Assembly (NCBI GenBank): GCA_963693365.1
Contig: CAVNZM010000004.1
Location: 11,932,468 to 11,996,467 of the forward strand
From: Amoebidium appalachense
Taxonomy: Eukaryota; Protista; Ichthyosporea
Direction of reading: 5' to 3'
Length of the DNA: 64,000 nt
This document shows, piece after piece, positions 54,328-64,000 of the stretch. A model generated the notes under the pieces. It made no database searches. It had not been told where the DNA came from and worked only from the letters and a program-made list of their open reading frames with translations. Numbering within the stretch: position 1 is the first letter of the stretch; the number at the start of each line of letters is the position of its first letter. The translations under genes and the position numbers were made by a program.

Positions 54328-54405
54328 ATTCGTTGGCGTTTATTGGGGACAATTCATGCCCGCCCACCAGTGCACTTGAGAAGCAGGTTGCATCTCAGGT
54401 ATGAT

Positions 54406-54441
<36 letters not shown>

Positions 54442-55129
54442 AAAAAGAAAAAAAAATAAAAAAATTGCCCAGATCCAAGCCGCTGTTTCTCCACATAAAA
54501 TCGCAGTACGAGTCAGACGAAGTGGGTAATAGACATTGTCCGTCCTGAACCTTACTACAAATGCACCTGGATACTGCCAAGCGACACCGCGAGAACCTTT
54601 TGAAGTTTGTTTGGGAAGTTGACTTCTTACTAAATGACACATATTGGCTGGATTCCAAAAACATTGCAGGCGAAGCGCCAGGTCCAAAACAAGATGTTCT
54701 TGGCACTCAGCACTATGGATCCGAACCTGATTTTTTTCAAACATTCAAAATTAGTAGGGTTAGGCAAGGCTGGTGGCAAATCTTTGGAAACTTAAATAAC
54801 TCTCAGCGAGGCTCGCAGGCTATCCATGAAGATACCCATAGTGTCACGTTTGGATAGACGAGAATATCTCGGTGGTCCCTGTGGGTTTAAACGGCGGTTT
54901 TGAGACATGGTTGCCCTTGGGCAGATCCCGACAAAGTCATCAAACTACTGAGATATTGGAATTCGACTGGCATCAAGTAGTTTCTTCCTTTTTTTCTTTT
55001 CTACCTCGTGTTTTCTTTCTAGAGCCCAGCAGACCTGGGGCTCCATAATGCCTTCCCCCCTCCCCCTACCTCCCCCCTCCCTCCCCCCATCCCCCACCAC
55101 CACCCCCACCACACACACACACACACACG

Positions 55130-55200
<71 letters not shown>

Positions 55201-55373
55201 AGACACACAGACACCCGCGATACCCAACAAGGACACACACAGACACAGACACCCATCCGTACCGGCACACACACTTTCATGCACCTGTCTAAGGTTATAC
55301 CATGCCGGTCGACACTTTTTCTTTTGGTGAACTAAACAGGAACAGGCAGCATGCAGTCCAATGGAAAGGGGGT

Positions 55374-55412
<39 letters not shown>

Positions 55413-56192
55413 GAGGGGGGGGGGGAGGTCAGGACAAGGGAGTGGCAGTGATGGTGGGACCCAAGTAAACGACTGATGGCATAGCTCAGTTCTACTCTAT
55501 GACACCTACATATGATGCCCCACCCCTCTCCCTCTCCCCCCTCCTCCTCCCCTCTCCTATTCATTATTTTTTCACTAACCCCCCCCCCCCCCCCCCCTGC
55601 AGTTGCAGACAGCCCGTGCCGACTTCCACCAGTTGATGGTGTCTGGCCCTGTGGCCGAACGCATGAGGGCAATAGCACTTACACGGGAATACAACAGAAA
55701 ATACATGAAGGTAAGACTTTGTGGTGCGGGCATGATACGATTATGAGAGCTTGGGGATGAAACGTCCAAGGCAAGCATGCAGCGCTACACGAAGAGGTGG
55801 TTATGGTAGAGGGTTTGCTTGGTGGTTTGTTGAGGGGGTGGGGTGGGGGGCGAGGGGGGATGCTAATTTGAAAGGGTCAGTGCATGTCTGACTGTGGGGT
55901 GTATGCAGCCACAGGCCACGAGGAGGAGATTGAGCATGGGCCCGGCACAGAAGTCTGCGGAATATCCTCCCATGACCACTGCGTGCATGCATTTGGGCCT
56001 GTGTGTGTTCATATTGTGCTTGGGCATGCATGGGTGTGTTCCTTGGTTGGAGTGGTAGACACAGGTGCACATGTATCGTGTTTGCATTGGCATCGAAGCA
56101 CGGGGAAAGAACTTTGACGGCCGTTGGGTGGACAAAGCGGGGGGAAAGGCCATAGCAAACCTAAGGGGAGGGAAGTGGAGGGAGGGGTGTGT

Positions 56193-56248
<56 letters not shown>

Positions 56249-56459
56249 TACATGCAGAGATTTTAAGAGGCTGGGGAGAGACCACGGTTATCTTTTGCCG
56301 GTGTGTTGCTTCTGTCTTGTGCCTATGTAGTCGGCCCAACCACCCTGCATGCACTCCTTAACTCCCACACGGCAGACACTACCGGCAGGTCTCTGCGCTC
56401 GTCGGCCTCAGGGTAACCCCCCCCCCCCCAAAAAAAAAAAAAAACGTGTGCGTGCACGT

Positions 56460-56496
<37 letters not shown>

Positions 56497-56583
56497 CACA
56501 CGCACACACACACACACCATCACCACCGCCGCCCACACACACACACACACACACACACACCATCACCATCACCACCGCCGCCG

Positions 56584-56622
<39 letters not shown>

Positions 56623-57118
56623 CACATACATACATACATACATACGCACGCATACATATGCGCACACACAAGTATCTGCAAGTGCGATCATTTGTTTCCT
56701 GTGTTTCGTCTTAGCCTACAGATTTGAGCATGTATATGGGTGACTGCAAATCAAACGGTTGCTTTTTTTTTTTTTTTGCTGTCGTGCGCACAGTATCTCA
56801 GGAAAGGACTGTGTGTACTTGTCAAGTTGATATTGCATCACTGTTTACGGTTTGGATGGATAGGGAGGGGAGTAGGAGCAACTGGGAGAGGGGAAAGACG
56901 AGGTGGGACACAGAGGTCCCAGGTTTGGGCTGCATGTTTGCCTTTACGCCTTTATCACAACAACACTTATAGACCGCAGTGTCGCAACCCCCTCCCCTAG
57001 AGCCTCCCCCCCCTCCCCCCCCCCCCCCTCCCCCTCTCCCTCCCTCTATTCCGTCTCCCCCTTAATATTTACTCCCCTCGTTGGAACAGGGGCACCCGTG
57101 CACCGCTCAAGGACATGA
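50026..57118 (+). CDS. CCP110: Spliced CP110-like protein (~337 aa) with IQ-like motif and CP110 C-terminal conserved region; start codon tentative
   Basis: Phase-consistent exons: 50026-50236, 50763-50835, 51235-51286, 51710-51777, 52238-52289, 52716-52866, 53699-53814, 54327-54398, 55603-55710, 56331-56412, 57090-57118. The spliced segment [27 protein letters not shown]|DSLAFI...ALEKQVASQ|[12 protein letters not shown]...[12 protein letters not shown] parallels, from memory, the animal CP110 block (KGFLTRRL...LRQTVKDT..FI...RVLAQLRAA...HDIF...ERMSIL..DRE). Confidence 0.6.
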
Positions 57119-58711
57119 AGAACAGTCAGCCAACAACCACAGCTGCAAAGGCAAAACGGCAGGTCCCCAGCAGGCAGGCAAAGAGCTCGGTCCCCCCTGC
57201 CATCATCGAATGAACAGCACAATCACAATACGCATCAGGAGGAGACATGTGGGTCATCAGCAACCGAGGGCTTGGTTTTGGGGAGGAAGAGAAGTGGAGT
57301 GGGGGGGGGGGGGAAGAGGGGGGGGGGGGGGGGGTTGACCCGTATTGATGGCATTAGTAAGTAACAAAAATATCCAAAACAGAAATACGGGCTAATGGTG
57401 TGAACACTTGTACATGGGAATTATAGTTGGAAGCAATATGGCGAGTCTAATACTCTGTACCACTGCCCTCTGCTCTTCGGCGGCTGGGAAGGGGGAGGGG
57501 AGAGGGGGGGGGGAGGGGGGAGAGACAGAGAGGGAGAGGGAGAGAGAGATGGGGGGGGGGGGCGGGGGGAGGGCTGTTTTTGGTATTTTTGCTGCAATTG
57601 TCCTACTGTGTGCATGTGATATATGTATACGGGATTGATTTGGCAAGCTCTAGGCAGCTTCCCACTCCCCGACCGACCGTGATGCAACACACGGAAGCAC
57701 AGTCTTTACGTCCTGATGTTTGGGTGGTTATGTACATGTACAACGGGTGGCTGTTTATTTGGAATCACCTGTGTTTCTGCATCGAAAGAAGTTGTGTGTG
57801 TGTACAGCTCGTTTTTTATTTAGTTAGGTTGGGGACAATATGGGAAAGTGTTTCGTACGTGCACGTGGCTGCCCGTACGCGTAGCGTATATACGTGTATA
57901 TGGTAAATTTATCCAACTGCTGTCAACCACATGTACAATCGTTATATTTCGTTTTCGTCCGTCCGTACCCCCCCCCTCCCCGCCTCGGGCCACGCATGCA
58001 ACCCCTCCCCGGCCACAGAAACACACATTCATACCCACACGTGTACACGCGTGTCTGCGCATGTACGCACCCATGGCCAAACAGGCTTCCGCTCATGCCC
58101 CAAACTGTGTGATGTAAAGGCGCACACATTTGCATACCACAGCAGAGCTGGCTTGACCTTCAACTCATATTCAATGTTTCGGAGTGCATGGCCGGCATGC
58201 CCTTTGAACACAGCACGATTGCCCGTATGTTTACGAACACTAGGATTCAAATCATCTACTACTTACGGTGCATGCCCATCTCATATCACCGTGATGTGTA
58301 TATGGTTTCAATGTGTTGACAGGTGTTGGTAACTCCTTTCGGACGTTTAGAATCAAGTTTTGCACTGTCTTAAATTCTACCTAGACTCTGTATCTAAGCT
58401 TAGCCTACCAAAGAAATCAAGTAATAAATCACTTTCCATGGGCTATGTACAGGGTATTTTGAACCTACTGTCTGTGTACAAATGAACATACTGCAACTAA
58501 GTTGGTCATTACACAAGCTTTTCTGCACACGGGCCGGAATCAGATCTATGAAAGTGTCGACTATCGGGACGTGTGTGTCTGTGTGTGTATATGTATGTGT
58601 GTGTGAGTGTGTATGTGTGTAAGGGTGTGTGTCTGTGTGTGTGCGTGTGTGTGTGATTACACTGTACCAGTGTGTCCGTGTGCATGCATGTGCACATGTG
58701 TCAAGCTATGA

Positions 58712-59084
58712 TCACACGGGAACGAATGCATCCATCTGGCGTGCATGGCGCAGTATAGAGGTGGTGACTGCTGCCGCCAATATGAACCCCAGCAGCAGGG
58801 CAGGGCCCTTGGGGTTTGGCCGCAGCCTGCGCTCAACCATAGGCACCACACGGTCATACAGCTTGAGCGGGCATGCCTGCACATGTGTATGTGTGTGGGT
58901 GTGTGTGTGTGTATTTTTCTTATTTTTTATTTTTTTATCTTTATTTTTTACTTTTATTTTTTTTTGGGGGGGGGGGGGGGAAGGGGTGATCGGATTAGGC
59001 TGAATACTCCAAATGCACATGCAATGCCATGAATGCAGGTAGGTGCACAAGATTTAAGTGATGGGAGGCAGGGAGAGAGAGAGG

Positions 59085-59153
<69 letters not shown>

Positions 59154-61215
59154 GGATGGAGGGGGGGGGGGGGGGGGGGGGGGGGGGCGGTTGGAAGTGG
59201 TCGGATTAGACTGAATACTCCCTATACACAGCCCATGCAATGCCATGCATGCAGGTAGGTTACCGAGATTCAACTGATGGGAGGTGGGGAGGGGGGAAGT
59301 TGTGTGCGTGTTCGTGTGTGGTGGTGATGTGTGTGTGTGTGTGTGTGCGTGTGGTAAGGGGGGGAAAGGGGGGCGGGGGGGGGGGGGGGGGGGGGGGGGG
59401 GGCAATTCACACACGAAAGAGGATACAGTGAAAAGGGATAAAAAACGGGACAGGCACACAAACCCACCCACCTACCCACATGTCCCTCTCCCTCCCTCCC
59501 CTCTCCCCCCTCCCCACACACCCACCCACATGTCCCTCCACCCGCCCGCCCGCCCCCTCCCCACACACGCACCCACCTCTGCATAAGCGGCATCCACAGT
59601 AGCCTCCTTCACCATACCAGCCACATCAGCAAACACCCGATCCAACACTTTGGCCATCTTAAGGGCTGCACCAGGCCCCACATCACCCCCCTCCCACAGT
59701 CTATCCATCTCCCCGTGCACCTTGCTGCGGTGTTCAAGTATCGCCCGTACCGACTGTTTCGTTTTTTGCTCTCGCTCGCTCATTTTCGCTGCGATTTGCT
59801 CCTTTTCCCATTGGAGATCCTCGCGATCGCTGCATTTTGATTGGAGGATCTCGATCTGCTTGAGCCGGATGGCGCATTCCGCGCACTTTGTGTGGTGGTT
59901 GCTTGGGGTTTGCATTCGCACAGATGTGTTCCTAGGTGTCGGTTGCTGGGTGGGGGTTGTCGGGGTATTGTCTTCGACTCCTACATTTTCGAAAACCGAA
60001 GTTTTCGTTGTGGATTTATGGGGCGTGGAACACGGGCTTTCGTTTCCTGCTTCATCTGTATCCGGTTTTGCCTGTGACCGCGTAGGTGTGTTTTCCGGTG
60101 TGACAATACTGAGATCCACAATGCTTGAACTGTCCGTATTTTTCGGAATTCCGGACGCCGCTGTTGCGGCCGACAGTTGCCTTGCGAGGTTTTCTTTCTC
60201 CGACTCCAAAGTCCACACGGAATCCTCCAGAAGAGAAATTCGCTCGGCCAACACCCGTCTTGCTTCCTCTTTTTCCTCATTTTCCTTCTTCAATCCTTCA
60301 ATCTCCTCAGTGAGTCTCTCTTCTGTTCGTTTTGTGTTTCCCAATTCTCCTTCGTGTTTCTCTACATATGCGTCGTGCCGCTGTGTTTGTTCTTTCGCCT
60401 CCCTCTTCATTCTCTCTACCTCTTTCGTTTTCTCTGCAATTTCTCGTTTCAAATGCTCTACCGTGGTATTCACCTTCTCATATTCGTCTACAGACACATT
60501 CGCTTGCTTTTGCCCCGCCGATCCCGCTTTTATTACACCTTGTAGCCGTTCGCACATTTCCGTTTTCTCCTGCAACAGCGCCTGAGTTCTCTCCACCCGC
60601 TCGCGCATTTCTATCAATTCTCTCTGCAGTGCGTTGATCGTTTCCTTTGCCATTCTCGTTTCCGCCTTCGATTTTTCCGCTTCGCCCGAGTATGCGTCCA
60701 CCCGTTCCGTTAATGCGTCGATTTGTCGTTGCAGGGCGGCGTCTGCGCGTTTTTTGATGGTTGGGGAGAGTGCGATGTTGACTTGACACTCGAGAAGGGG
60801 GCTGCGTGAACGGGAGGCTGGGGTGGGGGGAGTTTTGCGGCCGCTTGGGGTTGTGCGTCCTAAATGGAATGAAGAGGGAGTCAGAGTATGCTGTGTGGGA
60901 TTGCTAAGGGTAGAAGGAAGAAGAGAGTGGTGTGTGTTGGTTGTAGTGGTGACGAAAGGGATATCAAGATGGACATATGCAGCAGACAAAAGCAGCATAT
61001 CACTCTGCATCTGCCGTGTGCAGGCCCATGGTCATTGCAGCCTAGGGGCGGATCCAGAACACTCCTGAACACGGACCCCACCCCATCCAGATAGTGTCTT
61101 CCACTGTTGCTACCCACACAGTCTTACGATAACGGTTTTGCAGGAATGTGCGCATTACAAGCACAAACACAGACACTACACATCCACATCCGTGTGCCTA
61201 CACACGCACACACAC

Positions 61216-61260
<45 letters not shown>

Positions 61261-61420
61261 CATACAGCCACCGACCTGAGCCTGTGCCTTTGCCCTGTGG
61301 AGATTGGTTGGTGGCGACCATTTCCTCTGCAAGCGACATCTGTGTGGTAGATCTAGTGAGTGCCCACCCACAACACCCTCACCAGGAACGCTAAGCAAGG
61401 GAGTGTTTTTTTTTTTTTTT

Positions 61421-61451
<31 letters not shown>

Positions 61452-61703
61452 GGGGTCTGGACTGGTAAAAGGTTGCAGACAAAGCAGGTATGATACGAGG
61501 TGTTGGTGATCATCAGTAGGAACTAAGATAACTATTTCATGACTGGATGGCAGCGTGAAAGCAGAAAAGGCCGATCGAGCTCACCCAGAAAAATACAAAG
61601 TAGCATGGACGCTCTCAAAGTAGATGAAATGGCAAAGTTTAGGGTATAGGTACACCACAAGTCGTCAGATAAACAACGCCAGATCTTAGAGTACATGTAA
61701 GAT

Positions 61704-61737
<34 letters not shown>

Positions 61738-61858
61738 CGTACGGGCACATTATGGTTGTTTGTTTTGTTGGTGAGCTCCCACAGGGCCAGACCCTGCTCC
61801 TCTAGCTCCTGCTCCTTGGCACTTAGCTTGCTCTGTGTGTGTGTGTGTGTGTGTCACA

Positions 61859-61922
<64 letters not shown>

Positions 61923-62776
61923 GGTTGTTGTTGTTGTTGTGGTGGTGGTGGGTGGGTAGGTGGGGGGAGGGGGTGGTTGGTTTGTTACTCAGTCATAACA
62001 GATTTGGGAGTGTTACAAAGTATGAGGCCTAATAACTGGGCACACACGATGAAAACAAAAGTGTGTTATCGGATTGGGTAAAAGGGGAAAGAACCGTATA
62101 TGGGATGTGCATGCATGCATGTGTGCGCGTACACATGTGTGTTGTGTTTGGATGTTTGTGTGTTGTCTCCGCATATATGCATATGTGCGCATACTGCATG
62201 CATGCACGCATATGAGCGCGTGTGTGCAAACATGCATGTGTGCGGATAGTTGTGCATGTCTGTGTGTGTGGTGCGCGCAGCTATGCACGTGCACACATAT
62301 TTCCATGCATGCAGGTGTATGCTATGGATACAAATATTTCCATGCATGCAGGTGTATGCTATGGATACAACTATGCACACATGCATGCATGCAAGCATCT
62401 GCGCAAGGACACACCTCAAGGTCCCTGCATGCCTGAGCCTGCACCTCCATGGCCCTGATGGTGTCCTCCAACTCTGCCTGCTGCATGTCCACCAGCTCAC
62501 GTGTCTCCTTGAGCTCCTCACACAGGCTGGCCTTGTCCTCAATGAGGGCACGCAGTTTGCCCTGAAGCTGCTCTCGCTCGGCTTTGTTCCGATCCTATGT
62601 GTGTGCGTGTGTGCGCGTGCGCGGTTATGGAAAGAGGGGGAGAGGGGGGGGGGAGGGAAGAGAAAAAGGGTAAGAGGTGTATGTGATCATCAAAACAGGG
62701 TGGGTGTAAGGAATAGTTTTTGGGAGTTGAAGGGTTGGGCAGGCGGAGGAGTGAGGGGGTAGGTTTTTTTTTTTTT

Positions 62777-62822
<46 letters not shown>

Positions 62823-63867
62823 ACCCGTCAGCGTGCCTCCCACAGCACCAACGATAGACCTTGATCTAGCCCTACACCTTAAAGCAAGGTCCGTATCTAC
62901 CATTTTAGCGTCTGGGCGGCGAGCCACTCTGGTGACGTCATTCTAGGCCTCTTTTTCACGCAGCCAATTAGGTGCCCAGAAAATCGTGGGGTGAGGGCAG
63001 GCTTTGTCCGATGTCGACATAAGTCAGCCTAGGTATTTGACACAAATTGATAATATCTACGGATTGGCCAGAGCCATGTGAGAAATGTGGCTCTCGGCTG
63101 ACTGCTGCCCAGACGCTAAAATGGTAGATACGGAGGTTGGTTTAACCTAGTCCTATGCTTCCCGTGATACCCGCCTCCCCCCTCCCCCTCTCCCCACCAC
63201 ACACCCACACCCCCACACACACAAACACCCACACACAAAACCTCCCACCACTGCCACCCACCCACCCTCTTTCCCGCTACACTCCCCACACCGGCCATGC
63301 ATACAAAATGACGTCTTTTTTTGCCGTTGACATACTGCTGCCAAACATGTTCATCTGCCAGTCGGATTGCTATGGGAGCCAGTTAGAAAATGTCTGCTGC
63401 GCAGAAATCATGAATGGCTTATCATCGATCGTTTTGCAGCGAGAGCCCATGGGGTGGTGGTGGTGGTGGCGCGGGGGGGGGGGGGGGGGGGGGGGGGCTC
63501 GGATAAAAGATGCAAAACACAGTGTCAAGCACAGGCAGTCAGACACAGTCACAGACACGGCCCAAGCACACACCTGCAGCTGCTGGTACTCGTAGGCCAG
63601 GGCCTTGAGGTCTGCTGCCAGCCGGTCGGCCTTGGCCTCCACCTCCCTTTGCTGTGTCTGGCTGCTGGCAACCAGTGACAGTGCATCGGCAAGCTCACGC
63701 TGCATGCTGCCATACTGTGTGTGCGTGTGCGTGTGCGTGTGCGTGTGTGTGTGTTGGGGGGGGGGGGGGGGGGGGGGGGGGGATTGGAATTAGGCAGAAG
63801 GCTGTGATGGTGTGCGTACACTCGCACTATTTGATTGCTACTAATCACACCGTCTACCTGCAGCATG
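58712..63867 (-). CDS. Long coiled-coil protein with C-terminal transmembrane anchor (3' part; gene likely continues beyond the window)
   Basis: Minus-strand exons: 63867-63858 (microexon, tentative), 63714-63574, 62594-62415, 61832-61743, 61339-61266, 61103-61015 (GC donor, tentative), 60859-59577, 58876-58712. E/K/Q/R-rich heptad sequence; the last exon ends ALLLGFILAAAVTTSIL-RHARQMDAFVPV*. Confidence 0.75.
58990..59285. repeat. Degenerate intronic duplication (~75-85-bp core)
   Basis: CGGATTAGRCTGAATACTCC...ATGCAATGCCATG.ATGCAGGTAGGT...GATGGGAG at ~58991-59067 and ~59202-59283. Confidence 0.8.
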
Positions 63868-64000
63868 CTGTGTGTGGAAGCAAAGCAAAACAAGTACAAG
63901 CAGATCACTTCTGTGTTCGTGTGTGTCCATGTTTGTGTTTTTGTGATTAGCCGTGCGCATCGTTTGGCGCCACATCTCTGCTTACCAAACACACACAGAA

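Noticed and set aside
59650-60585. 311-aa plus-strand ORF
   Set aside because: Antisense shadow of the E/K-rich coiled-coil exon, with S/F-rich composition and no independent signal.

Overview
Eukaryotic, intron-rich genomic DNA saturated with (C)n/(G)n, (CA)n/(TG)n, (CT)n and A/T runs, so most of the supplied ORFs are simple-repeat artefacts. Manual splicing with phase checks recovers four host genes. These are a 7-exon CCHC zinc-knuckle gene (6984-19828, +), a bHLH plus apparently single-PAS transcription factor (26645-39799, +), a compact 11-exon gene whose C-terminal part resembles the conserved C-terminal region of centriolar CP110 (50026-57118, +), and the 3' part of a long coiled-coil gene ending in a transmembrane helix and a short KASH-like tail (58712 to beyond 63867, -). 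Mobile DNA includes a decayed Penelope-like retroelement with the permuted order GIY-YIG then RT (Naiad/Chlamys type) inside intron 4 of the zinc-knuckle gene, and dispersed copies of a likely pseudo-LTR fragment. There is also a hAT-type MITE with a perfect 8-bp TSD, a MITE with ~180-bp TIRs, head-to-tail fragments of a non-LTR retrotransposon, and a 7.9-kb non-coding foldback element with ~1.5-kb TIRs enclosing a 355-bp tandem array. No rRNA, tRNA or CRISPR array was recognised. A unicellular-holozoan-like host is an inference from gene content only. All homology calls are by eye and need HMM confirmation.
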